DNA from: Octopus sinensis
Taxonomy: Eukaryota
Length of the DNA: 64,000 nt
Assembly (NCBI RefSeq): GCF_006345805.1
Contig: NC_043017.1
Location: 14,632,001-14,696,000, forward strand
Reading direction: 5' to 3'
The notes under the pieces are model-generated. The model saw only the letters and a program-made list of their open reading frames with translations, searched no databases and was not told the origin of the DNA. How positions within the stretch are numbered: position 1 is the stretch's first letter; each line of letters starts with the position of its first letter. Shown one piece after another: positions 13,221-25,835 of this stretch. A program made the position numbers and the translations under genes.

Positions 13221-13293
<73 letters not shown>
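13171..13293. repeat. (TATC)n/(TGTC)n array, 3' flank of Tx1 copy A
   Basis: Direct reading. Confidence 0.97.
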
Positions 13294-14043
13294 GAAACAG
13301 CAGCATTTGATTGTATTCTAGGAACAGACAATAATAGTACTGTATTGTGGTAGAATAAAACAACTTGCAATTCGTTCCTCTGCTTGTTTTCTGTAATAAA
13401 ACACTTCTTCATCCAATATTTTTTGTTAATGAGGTCCTTACTGATTGATTGTTCAGCATTTAATGAGCTTAACATGTCTTCTTTCACGCTATATTCCGCT
13501 TCTGGCCTGGTGGTTAGACAGACAGACAGACCAAGTTTTCGACTTTTGTAAGGAATATCTTTCTCTAGATATTTTCTCGTGGTGTTCGACTTTCAACACA
13601 TAAATCTAGTTTCCCCTCAATTTGGGTTCAAAAAGAAAAAGAAAAAAAACCCCCGCAGGGTTCGACTATTTCGACGATCATTAATGGGGTCAGATATCAT
13701 TGCTTGTAACTCTATGGTTTCACGTTCGATCCGATTGTACAACACTTTGAATATCTTCTATTCTTGCCTAGGGCTCAAAACATTGTCGGTAAAATTTAGC
13801 TGAAGTAAATCGTGTGACAGAACTCCCTCCCACCCCATCAGATAAATCGACATTTGGGTTGCAGTCGAGTAGGCCTAATCGATTGTCTTCTACAACACTA
13901 CATAGGGCCCTTTTACAGAATTCATTTAGGTCTTCGATCTTGGGTTTTCTTTCTCCCTCCACCCAAACACTCACAAAGACCCTAAAAAGTGTCGTCAGTT
14001 CTGTTATTTTCTCTCCAAGTAAAATAAAACAAGAAATAGTTTC

Positions 14044-14426
14044 TCATCTGTCAGAAGTGAAAGATGCCTGTGAATTGATTGGAGTGACAACAGCTGGCTG
14101 CTTGACTTCACAGCCTCCCACCCCATCCTCTTCATTATATGCTGAGTCATCAGTTTGATTTGATACTAACAAAGCTGCCAACTTGTTAGATCGATTTGAA
14201 GCTGAGATAGTAAGAGGAACTGAAACATTCCCCCACTTGCAGCTGCCCCGGTTCTCCATTGATGTTCCCTCTCTGGTTTCACTGCAATCAATGTCATTCC
14301 ATTCAGCAGAGAAGAACCTTCTACAAATTGACTTATATCGAACGCAACCGGGGTGGAGGGACGGGTGGAAGAGAAGACAGAGTCAGACATGGGCATGCGG
14401 TGAAGAAGCTCGCTTCTCCATTGCAT
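14044..14426 (-). CDS. Candidate host exon (two overlapping open frames)
   Basis: Unique higher-GC island with ORFs 14166..14426 (MSDSVFSSTRPSTPVAFDISQFVEGSSLLNG...) and 14044..14259 (...NEEDGVGGCEVKQPAVVTPINSQASFTSDR*). No domain is recognised. Confidence 0.25.
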
Positions 14427-15832
14427 GGCCCGCGGTTTCCATCCTATTACGCTGTATATGGGTCAATTATCTTTTAGCAAAGTCTCGAGTAGACCATTAC
14501 ATTCGGGGTGGAATTTGGTTGACGGAGACTGCGCAGAAACTCGTCATATTGTACATATATAAACGATGTCTGATGTACTCTCAACACAAGATTGAAACCT
14601 AGTACACTGGATTCGTGTTTTTCTTTTGTCCATGAAGGTATTTTATTCATAGGTAAGGTGGTCACATCTGTGTGTGTCTGTGTGTCTATGTATGTACGCA
14701 CACACACACATACACACTCACACATACATTATGTTAGCTTTGTATAGACATCTGTCTATTTGTACAATGTCAGCTAAAAGTCAACAGTTGTATTCCGTAT
14801 CACAATGCAGCACTGAAACATAAAACGTTGACAAACCAGGAACTTATTGAAGAGAATAAAAAGATACAAAGGAGAGGTTGAGCCTCACAGATATTCTAAA
14901 ACGAAAAAATGGGGTACTTCTGAAGTCGGTGTGGAGGAGGGGGACAAGAAGAATCCTGAATAAACGATTAGAGCGATTAACTGAGATACTTATTCAAAAA
15001 GTTTCTTTTTTTTTTCAGTTTTGATTGAATTATGTAAATTAGATATGGAGTTTAATCTGTCGCAGAATATAGAAATGAGTTTAAAACATTGTTTTGTGTT
15101 TTTTGTTGTTTTTTTTTTCACTGAATATTGGAATAACCTGACACACATTTTGTCTTATGATCCAATAGGAAAAGAAATGGAAGGTACCATTATCCTTTGT
15201 AGGGCCTCCGACTTAATACTGATAACGGATAGGCAGAGAGTAAGACTATGATAACTTCAGAGTGGGACCCTGGTCGGAATGTTTGTAAGACAATGGAATC
15301 TTGCGGTATCTAACGGTCAGCTGTGGTGATGGCCATGTTAAACCACGTGACATCTGGTCAGATGACCACAGATTTACAGCTGCTGCTTTCGAACCGGGGT
15401 TTATGGAATGCCTGCAACCGATTCTCTTCCTTCTCAAGGACAGAGACAGTATTTTGACGGCATTGTAGTTGCTGGTGGTGTTCTTGATAGCCCTGATCGA
15501 GTAGATTTATGTTTCAAAACATGCCAACCGTGACTCTATGGTCTTTTATTTCTAAGCTAAGAAGAATCTGACCCAACATGTTCTTTCTCTAAAGTGGATA
15601 CGTTGTTATTTGAGGGAAACTGGCCCACAAATGGGGGTGCTGGACGTCCTGTTCAAAAATATAAGGATACAGATATTGTGTCGTACAGCCAGCTAGAAAC
15701 CGATGTTTCCTGGGGTTAAACAACAGTAACAATCATCCTATCCAGGACAGCCACCTTATGTTGGCAAATAGCCTTTACTTTAAAGAACTGTTACTGAATA
15801 TCTCTGTTTGAGAGATTTAGATAATAATAATG

Positions 15833-15998
15833 TGGAGTGGCTGTGTGGTAAGTAGCTTGTTTACCAACCACATGGTTCTGGGTTCAGTCCCACTGTGTGG
15901 CATCTTGGGCAAGTGTCTTCTGCTATAGCCCCGGGCCGACCAATGCCTTGTGAGTGGATTTGGTAGACGGAAACTGAAAGAAGCCAGTCGTATATATG

Positions 15999-16029
<31 letters not shown>

Positions 16030-16241
16030 GTGTGTGTTTGTGTGTCTGTGTTTGTTCCCCTAGCATTGCTTGACAACTGATGCTGGTGTGTTTACGTCTC
16101 CGTCACTTAGCGGTTCGGCAAAAAGAGACCGATAGAATAAGTACTGGGCTTACAAAAAGAATAAGTCCCGGGGTCGAGTTGCTCGACTAAAGGCGGTGCT
16201 CCAGCATGGCCGCAGTCAAATGACTGAAACAAGTAAAAGAG
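15833..16241 (+). mobile_element. tRNA-type SINE (family A), full length
   Basis: Same head, core and tail as 9821-10458, with a short internal microsatellite at about 15991-16050. Confidence 0.88.
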
Positions 16242-17229
16242 TATATATATATCGGTATAATCAACGGCTATGTCGATAAAATACCAGTGTTATATTAGGG
16301 ATTGATCTGTTGACTACACCAGTTGACTTCGTTTCAAATTTTTGTAACTATTTCCCTGTAATTAAGGGACACTGTTGCTGCGCGCGCTCAGATGTACGTA
16401 TACCTTAAGTGATGTAAGATACCTTAAGTGATTAATTATTCATAGCGTTTTTATCAAACTGACCAATTACAAATGCATAATTAATTAGTTGCTGAAATTC
16501 TAAATTAACTTTTCAACTTAATTTAATAATCGTTTATCGGTTTTTCTGGTAGATCACGTGATTATTAATCATGTGAACTACGCATCACGTGGAAAACAAG
16601 AAGAATAAAAACGATGACGGTCTGGTTCGGCTTTAAAGAACAATTCCGAATAATAATATCCAGGAGTTCCTGTATGAAAAGCTAACAGTAAAGTTGGTTG
16701 TAACGCAGTTAATGTAATGAGTCGAAATCTAGAAAAACTAATTAAAATTATAGCAATAGCAACGGGGATAACATTATTATTTATGGGATTAATTTTGGTC
16801 AAGAAAATTAGGGGAGACAATTCTGTATTAAGAATTTTGTTTTTGTGGGTAATTTTGGAAGATTCTGGATGTGAAACTTATATTGTAATTTTGGAAGATT
16901 CTGGATGTGAACTCATGCTGAAACTTATATTGTAATTTGAGTGAGACATTTTGCTAACGAAACACACACACAGGTTGTATTTCACTTTAGTTGTATTATA
17001 AATTAATTATGTAATTAGTAAATTTTTTTAAAGTATATTTTATATAATGGCCATTGACCTTCTCGATGACAATGTGCTCCCCGTGGATCTTCTCTCCCTC
17101 AGCTAAAATCCCTGTATATTATCCTAATGACGAAGGCGGCTCGGTCTGCTAAAGGTAATAGTTAGACCTCATATCACACTCCAAACGAAAAGCAGGTCGC
17201 AGTAGCAATGCTATCCAGGAGAGAAAAAT

Positions 17230-17354
17230 ATATTAAGATACGGTCGCGGATGAGGCTGTTCTACTCAAGCAGATCTGACTCGGGGCGAAGCAGCAACAGA
17301 AGCTCGAAGCGACTGCAGCGATCGGCCATCATTATTGTCCTCCTCCTGCTATCT
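17230..17354 (-). other. Candidate exon downstream of a strong splice acceptor
   Basis: Minus-strand acceptor CTTCTTTTCCCTTCAG| at 17355, followed by CpG-rich unique sequence. No convincing donor was found. Confidence 0.2.
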
Positions 17355-17742
17355 CTGAAGGGAAAAGAAGCAGTGTGTGTGTATGTGTGTGTGTGTGTGT
17401 ATGTGTGTGTGCGTGTGTGCGTCTGCGTGCGTGTGTGTGTGTGCGCGTGTATTATATGTATATATATGGAGAGTGTTCTATATGCGACGGTGTGTGCGTG
17501 TTGGTGATGCATATTTATGTAAATACACAGTGTGTCTATATAGACCGGAGTGTGTGGGTGTATGTGTGTGTATGACATGTGATATGTGTGTTTGAACTTA
17601 AGCTTTGTATACGTGAGTGTGCGCTACGCAAGCAAAGAAACAAAAAAAATGTATGTGTGTGTGTGTGTGTGTGTGCTTGTGAATAGGTCGCAACATAATA
17701 TAGATGTATATGTGTATGTGTGAGGATATGTGCGTGTATAAC

Positions 17743-17763
17743 GATAGAATAGAATAGAATAGA

Positions 17764-17833
<70 letters not shown>

Positions 17834-18026
17834 GGATGGATGGATGGATGGATGGATGGATGGATGGATGGATGGATGGATGGATGGATGGATGGATGGA
17901 TGGATGGATGGATGGATGGATAGATAGATAGATAGATAGATAGATGCGGGACGGACGGACGGACGGACGGACGGACGGACGGACGGACGGACTGGATGGA
18001 TGGATGGATGGATGGATGGATGGATG

Positions 18027-18080
<54 letters not shown>

Positions 18081-18122
18081 AAGATAGATAGATGGATGGA
18101 TAGATAGATAGATAGATAGATA
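17743..18122. repeat. Compound (GAATA)/(GATA)/(GGAT)/(GGAC) array, 3' flank of Tx1 copy B
   Basis: Direct reading. Confidence 0.97.
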
Positions 18123-18399
18123 ACTTTCTTTTATTAGCCACACAGGGCTGAATACAGAGGGGACAAATACAAATGCAGAGCTTTTCTTTTCGAGGGTGGA
18201 AAAAATAGAAATGTAAGATTGCGATCAAAAGGGATCGAGAGGAGGAAAAAAAAAAGGAAAAAAAAAGAAAATCGTGTATCACAGAAATAATGGTGTAAAC
18301 ATTGATATAACAAGATTGGGTTCATCCGTGGGAAGAAAAGCCTACAGAAAAGACCACGGGAACCCCAGTCAGGGAGGAAATAAACACATGAGGTCAAAA

Positions 18400-21300
18400 T
18401 GCTCTCTTTCTTTCTTTTTTACGATCTACAGGATCATGCTCAAAATGGTTTCGTTACTAGCACGCACCATCTTTGCAACATTCACCCATCTTTTTTTGAA
18501 TCTTTCGCGAGACAAAACTTCCCTCTCCATTCTCACCTTCCTTTTCAAGTGGTACTTGAAAAAGTTGATGAGCGATGGCCAGAGAGGTAAGTGTTTTTGT
18601 CTCTAATCCTTTCGCTCGAGTCCACCACACACATTCTTTCACCATGGCCACCAGTACGATGAAAACTGCCTTGCCTTCCCGGTTGAGGGAAGGGGGCGGA
18701 GCAATTCTCACGATAGACTCGGCCGATAGGCGGATTCGTCCCACACGTGACAGCAGCCGTTCGGCATAAGCCCACAGGTCGGAAATGGTTGGACATTGCA
18801 CGAGTGCGTGCAGAACGGTTTCGTCGCTCTGACCGCATCTCAGGCAAGTCGGTCCAGTGTGTCTGGAACCGTGTCTGTAGAGCTTATCCCGAACAGGTAA
18901 TGCTTCTCGATAGCACTGCCAGGCCAGGGATCTTTGGTGATTGTTCATAGGTCCCGGCCCGAAAGTTGTCCTGAACAGGCGGGTCAGGTGTTCCTCGCCG
19001 ACGCCCAGACTCTGCCCGAGTTCGTCGTCGCACCTCCCCTCACTAATCCTCTATAGAATGCCTTTGTTGTGATGGAGTTGCACAAGTTCGATCCCGGACG
19101 GCAGAGTTGCTTGAGAGCAACGCGACACTCGCGGTGCCATTCGCCTAGCCTCGGTCTCTGCTTGATCCATGACTGTAGTTCGTCCAAGGAGACGAGCTGC
19201 GGGAAAGCGCGCCGCAGAAAAGGCGACCACCCCTGTTCACCGTTGTCTATGAAGCGCCGGAGATGTCGCAGTCTCAGCGCATGTCTGCGCATCATCAACC
19301 ACGGCATGCCCAGCCCTCCATTTAGCGGGTGTTGGCAGCAAATGGATCGCCTAACCATCGGAACGTTTCCCTTCCACAAGAAGCGGAAGAGTATGCGTTC
19401 TAGTTTGGTGATGGTAGGGTCGGGACAAGGCACGACGGTCAGACGATACTCGATGACGGATGCGATGTACGCGTTCGCCACCTCCGCCCGACCTTTTAGG
19501 GATAGCTTTCTCTCAGTCCATTTCTGGGTGAGAGTAGCCACCCTAGTCGTTATCTCGCCCCAGTTCTTCTCCATTTGGAGGTCCGGACCGAACCAGACCC
19601 CGAGCAATTTAACCGGTCCGTCCGTCCAGCGTCCCACGATGGAGACGCTGTTGGACGGCATGGGCTTGCTTCTCCAGGTGCCGAGCCGCAAGCCCACTGA
19701 CTTTTCCCGGTTAATCTTTGCTCCCGTTACCGCTTCGTATTCTTTCAGTGTCTCGCCGACCAGCTCGATGTGCTCGTAGCTCGACACTATGACGGTGACG
19801 TCATCCGCGTATGCAGACACGCTCCTCCCGCATCCCAGCTCTCGTGGGATGCCCCTCAGCGTCGCCAGTTTCCGCAGTAGTGGCTCAAGAGTCAGTACAT
19901 ACAGCAGCGATGAGAGGGGGCATCCCTGACGAACCGAACGCATGATGTTAAAAGGTCTGGATAGATGACCATTTACGCGAACTACTGAGCGGATGCCGCT
20001 GTATAAGGCAGCGATCCAACCGCGGAAAACTGGACCGAAACCAGCCGCCTTGAGGACAGCCTCCAAGTAGTGATGGTCTACCCTATCGAAGGCTTTTGAT
20101 TGATCCAAATTGATCAGCGCCCCACCCATGCCAGGATTTTTAACTACCCTGTCTATGATGTAGCGCATCAGGTGGAGGTTGTCATGAATACTTCTACCCG
20201 GCACGGCGCATGTTTGCGCCTTGTCGATTAGTTTCTTGATGACAAGCGCCAACCTCTCGGCTAACACCTTGGCCAAAATTTTCAAATCTGCGTTGAGCAG
20301 AGTGATGGGCCTGAAATTATCTATGGCGTCCCCCTTGTTTGGGTCTTTCTTGATCAGTGCCACTGCTCCTCGCTTTACAAAAGCAGGAATACTCCCGTTC
20401 TGCTGCCAGTTGCAGTAGACAGCTGCCAAGACGCCTCCAAACAAGTCTGGCATATGAAAATAAAATTCGTAGGGCAGACCATCCAAGCCTGGTGACTTGT
20501 CTCTCGCAGCCTACCATCGCATCCTGTACGTCCGCAGCTGTGATAGGCTTTTCACAAGACTCCACCTCCCTTGCTGAGAGTCGTGGCAAGGCATGCAGGT
20601 AGGCACTAAAGTCCACTCTGCTTTCTGACTCACCACTTGTCCCAAACAGTTGGGTGAAGTGTTGTTGAAAAACCCCACACATCCTTTTAGGCTCGAGCAA
20701 TTCGCGCCCCTGTTCATCTATAAGAGACTTGATGGTGGCTCTGTTGCCTCGTTGCGTCTCCACCACTCGGGCCTCTTGGGCGGCTCCAACTCCTTCGTTC
20801 CTCAGAGCACGCATCCTAGCTCTGACAACGCATCCTTCGTGTTTGGCGTTGAGGTGTTGGTCGAGGGCCAATCTCGCCGCCAGTACGTTGGACGCGATGC
20901 CAGTTCTAAGTGCCTCTTCTAAAACCTTAACTAAATCTCCCTCTATTCTATTTCGGTCTAATGCTAGGGCTCTACTGTATCTGACTGATTCTGCTTTAAT
21001 CGCTTTTTTTAGGGCATACCACCATCTGTTGTTGATGATGGTACCCGTCAAAGCTCTCTTAACTAATGTGCTGATCCGGTCCCTGTAAACCTGTCGTGCT
21101 GTAAAAGACGCGTTCAGTTTCCAGTAACCAGGACCCTGCCTATGTGTCTTATCTAAGTCAAGTGTACAAGTCACAAACTTGTGATCTGTGTAACTGACTA
21201 TATGAAATTGTGGACAACCTACACTATTTTTATCTATTGTCCTACAGAAAACTCTATCTAAGTATGATCTGGACGACACGATGCGGTTACTCCATGTCCA

Positions 21301-21835
21301 CATTGGCACATTCGGGTGGTCCAGTCGGTACCTGTCAGACAGTTGGAAACGTCTGAGCAGGTCTTTGAGGCATTTGCATCCCCTTCTATTGCTATCTCTG
21401 CCCACGTAGTCTAGATGCGTGTCCAGGTGGCATTCCAATCCCCCACTAAAAGTAAAGGACGAGACGTTCCCATGAAAGACTCTAGACGTCGAAAGAAATC
21501 TGGTCTGCTATCAGTCGAAAAGCACACTCATTGCTGCCATCGATATCCAAAACGACCAGCCTACCCTCCGGGTCTAGGAAATTTGCTCTTACTTTGAGAT
21601 CCAGACTCTTCCGGATAAGCACCGCGGTGCCACCTCCGCCCATTCTCGGTAGACACGGAGAAAAATAAATGTTGAAATGTGTACCGAAAATGTGCTGGAG
21701 TGCCCGCAAGCTGTGGAGTCTGGTCTCACTGATGGCTATGATATTCAGATTTAGTGACTTGATGTCATTTAACAGGTAGCCTTGTTTCCAAGGCGACCCC
21801 AAGCCACGTACATTTATACTACCTATTCCGATAAA
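18400..21835 (-). pseudogene. Tx1 ORF2: APE endonuclease, reverse transcriptase and zinc-binding domain, split by about 4-5 lesions
   Basis: Endonuclease motifs GSINVRG, ISETRL, GDWNA, SYLDR and YTDH; RT motifs NFRPITLLNADLKILAK, LDQSKAFDRVDH, QGCPLS and YADD; CLRCGQSDETVLHALVQC. Spread over ORFs 21482..21802, 20317..21438, 18984..20486 and 18457..18948. Confidence 0.92.
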
Positions 21836-21866
21836 AGTGCAAAAAAGGAAAAGGAGAGAGAAAAGG

Positions 21867-22934
21867 TTACTTGTTTTTCGAAAGTTCTTTGTCTTTCACC
21901 TCACGGTCTTCTTCTATGAGGCTTTTATACAGTTTTTTCGATGAGTACTTTTGAAATCTCCCTACTGCATCAGGGTAAAGAGATTTCAGGGTGCTGTATG
22001 TGTTCTGTGTCACGTGTATTATTTTAATGTGCTGTGGTGGTGGTGTTGTGTGTGGGTGGTTACTTGTTTTTATGTCGTTTTCAGTAATGTTAGTGTTTGA
22101 CCTAATGTGTTCCATTAGGTCGTGGTTGTTTGTGTTTATGGCTGTCAACATTTTTGGGGGGTTTGATGATGGTGTGTTTGTGTTGATGTGTGTGTTTTCT
22201 GTGGATGTTTTTGTTTCGGGAGTGGTGTATCTTCCCGCTTTGTTTGTTATTTTTTCTTTTTTTTTTTCCCCTTTTTCTTCTCCCCCCTGTGGCTATTTGC
22301 CAATCTTCCGTGTCTTCTTCGTCTAATGACAGATCAGACGAATCGGAGTCTGGAAGAGGGAAAGTATTGGGGTCTATTGTAGACTGTGTTGGTTTTGTTG
22401 TTGGTGTTGGTTGGTGAGCGTTTGGTTGTGGTGTATGCGGTTTTGGATGTGGGGTTTGGGTATTTTGTGTTTGAGTGATTGTGGGTATTGTTGTGTTGTT
22501 TAGGGTCTCAATTTTGTGGGGATTTGGAGTTGTAACTGTTTCTTCATTTTTGCTGGGTGTCTTTTTGGCAGATGTCCTTGGTTTGGGAGTTGGTATATTC
22601 TTGGTTGTTGTTGTTGGTGATGCTGCTTCTGTTCTTGGTGCTGCAGTTGGTGTGGTTGTTTGTTTGGTGAGGTTTGTTCCTGCAAAAAGTGGTGTGGGTA
22701 GTAAACCTTGTTTATTTGTTTTTGTTTCCGGCTGCTGTTGTTGTTGCTGTTGTTTTCTTGCGGCAGATTTGCAGTCTTTTTTGAGGTGTTGCTCACTGCC
22801 GCATATGTAGCAACGTGGTCTTCTGCCATCGACGACCACATATAACTTGTGGTCGTCTGATACACATATCTGGGTGGGTATTTTTTTTATATCTTCATGA
22901 TGTATATGTAGAAGAAATTCTATTTTTTTCCCCA
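21867..22934 (-). pseudogene. Tx1 ORF1 (gag-like) C-terminal portion
   Basis: CYICGSEQHLKKDC (CX2CX4HX4C) followed by polyQ, a Thr/Pro-rich linker and a basic RRKRGKKKRK patch; it lies directly upstream of ORF2. Confidence 0.85.
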
Positions 22935-23024
<90 letters not shown>

Positions 23025-23025
23025 T

Positions 23026-23065
<40 letters not shown>

Positions 23066-23076
23066 AATAGAATAGA

Positions 23077-23133
<57 letters not shown>

Positions 23134-23166
23134 CACTTAGATAGATAGATAGATAGATAGATAGAC

Positions 23167-23224
<58 letters not shown>

Positions 23225-23235
23225 AATAGAATAGA

Positions 23236-23304
<69 letters not shown>

Positions 23305-23313
23305 ATAGAATAA

Positions 23314-23370
<57 letters not shown>

Positions 23371-23380
23371 CAAACAGACA
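22935..23380. repeat. (GATA)n array with (GAATA) interruptions, 5' flank of Tx1 copy B
   Basis: Direct reading. Confidence 0.97.
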
Positions 23381-23557
23381 GATGTAGAAACACAGATATA
23401 TATAAATTGTGTGTGTGTGTATATAATGCGTACGTATGTAGGTTAAGGTGTAACAGTCCAGTGACAAGTGACTGCATGGTGGTAAACATCAGCAGGTGCG
23501 TGCAGGTTGACTGCGGGCCGTGTGCAAAATTACATGGCATCGATTGAATAAATTACA

Positions 23558-23586
23558 TGACGTCATCTAGCTAACCGACCAATCAG
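23558..23586. promoter_or_regulatory. CRE plus CCAAT-box pair
   Basis: TGACGTCA at 23558-23565 and GACCAATCAG at 23577-23586, in a unique island. Motif match only. Confidence 0.3.
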
Positions 23587-25092
23587 TTGCCCGTTTCACT
23601 GAAAAGTGTCATAGTCACTAAACACACACACACACGCACACACACGCACACATACGCGCGCGCTGCACACAGATAAACACATACACATGCATTCATTCTC
23701 ACCCTTTCTCGCACACGCATATACTTGCATACAGACACTCACACACAGCTACACACTCTCTTGCTGGCTCAATAATGCTCTCACATTTTCTATCACACAC
23801 ACGCACAGATACACTCACTAATGCATATATATGTATATATATATACACACAAACACACACACATTGTCACGTATACACAAACATGCTGAGTTTACAATAG
23901 AACCTAGGAGCAGTATTGTATGCTGAACCGGTCCTTCACCCTTTCCTCACCATTTTAAGTTGATGGATTCTGCTTGGGAGAACCAGCTGTTTCCAGTGAA
24001 ACACTATGTGTGTGCGTGCGTGTGCGTGTGTATGTGTGTGTGTGTGTGTGCGTGTGTGTGCGCGTGTGTGTGTGTGTGCATGCGTGAGGTTCTCGTACAT
24101 TGCCTTCGCTTGTAGATTGTAGTGTCGTCGATTCCTACAAGCTAGGGTTCGTTCTTCGGGGGTCAATAAATAAAGTCCTATTCAAATACTGGGGTAGACC
24201 CTGCTCTGTCTCTCTCAGTCAGTTAGGGGGTCAATCACTAATTCCTCTCTCCAAGAAACGAAGAGAAGGGATCAACGATCATTTCTTACCTACAACACTC
24301 CAGAAACTGTCGAAATGAATCCACCAGGATCGTCATGGATGGAGGGTGCAGAATTGAGGTAGAGATTTCTCTTGGCGTAATTTCTATCTCACCAATTGGC
24401 TGAAAGTATCTTCTCGAAATCCTAGACATTAAAGACCTGATGCAGGGTTTTAAATGTGATGATGGCATCTTTTAAAGAATTGCGGCCAAAGATGCCTTTT
24501 ATTGAACCGGCTGCAGACACATCGCTGGAGATGCTCCAGACACGCAGTGAGCACGTCTGGTTAACGTTTCTTCTCCAAGACCATTTCTGGCCAGCTACAA
24601 ATGGTTCAAAGACCAGTTTTAGGAGGGAAAATATCATCTCTTCAAGAGTTGAAGAAATTGCTATGCAATCAGTTCCAGTGTTGGAAAGGTATGGCAGATA
24701 TGGAGAGGCGATCTGAAGACTGTTTGGAGAAGCGAATAAAGAGGGGGTAGAGGAGGGCCCCATTTACATGTCTAGTCTTTAGCTGAAACTGAATCTCAAG
24801 AATTGCGAAGTCACAGATGGATGCACCAATGTAAAACCTTGGATCGTCATTGAATTCTAAGGATGTCAAGGAGACCGTACATAAGTATGAATATCTGCTT
24901 ATGCGTGTATAAGTGTGTATGTGTACGTGTGTATATGTATGCGTGTCTATGTATATATGCATACATGTATATCTATAAATATGTATATGATGCTACATGC
25001 TGTACTGCTGTACCCGTAATCATAAGAACATATACGTAGTTATGTGTATATGAATGCAAACACATTTGTGTGTGTATGTGTATGTGAGCAAG

Positions 25093-25222
<130 letters not shown>

Positions 25223-25684
25223 CATGTACAGGAGAGTTATAATCAAAAGTAAAGTAAAAGCATATGGTCGATCAATTGAATATTATGACTCATGCGTGTG
25301 ATGGGTGGGGCGGAGGGAAATGGCGGTATTGACTGTTCCCGTCCTTTTGTGGCATCAACCAATTTTGCAGCAGCCATAAACCTATCCCTGGGGCTGAGAA
25401 GAACATGGAATATCGAGGTTGGTCTTTATGGCATTAGGAAACGGTGGAGGGAAAAACGTTTGGAATCTAAAACATTGGTTGAGTGATGAGTAATGATCAA
25501 AGACGCGAAATGAACTTGTGACCATTAATCATCATCATAATCATCATCAACATCATGAACGCCGTCATCGTCACTACCACCATTAACAGCATCACCGTCA
25601 ACACCATCATCGTCATCGCCATCGTCAACACCCCATCACTATCATCATCATCATCATCATCATCAACGTTACCTGCATCGGTAT

Positions 25685-25835
25685 GGAGGTGTGACTGCTC
25701 TGTTCAGAAGCTTGTTTCGCAACCCTGTATCACAAGTTCGATCCCGCTACCGGGCACTTCGGTCTTAAATTTCTCATTTCAGTCAAAATGCAGCGAGTGA
25801 AAGTTGGTAAACGGAAACTGTGAGGAAGCTCGCCG
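25685..25835 (+). mobile_element. SINE family A, degenerate 5' half
   Basis: Resembles the head and the GTGAAAGTTGGTAAACGGAAACTG core of family A. Confidence 0.5.

Larger units (their letters stand above)
18123..22934 (-). mobile_element. Tx1-type non-LTR retrotransposon copy B, near full length (truncated in ORF1)
   Basis: ORF1 remnant with a CCHC knuckle; ORF2 with APE endonuclease, RT and a C-terminal Cys motif. Its 3' end CAGCCCTGTGTGGCTAATAAAAGAAAGT joins (TATC)n, as in copy A. Confidence 0.95.

Noticed and set aside
14484-14513. FHPECNGLLE on the minus strand resembling the LTR integrase motif YHPQSNGLVE
   Set aside because: It is flanked by stops and no other integrase motifs are nearby; probably chance.
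16717-16935. 72 aa ORF with a transmembrane-like stretch and a short internal duplication (GTAATTTTGGAAGATTCTGGATGTGAA twice)
   Set aside because: AT-rich codons give hydrophobic peptides by chance; there is no splice or homology support.
11033-22934. Tx1 copies A and B as an inverted segmental duplication
   Set aside because: They have different 5' truncation points, many substitutions, diverged 3' UTRs and unrelated sequence beyond the arrays.
24260-24860. Overlapping 60-113 aa ORFs in unique sequence
   Set aside because: No recognisable motif in any frame and no clear splice signals.
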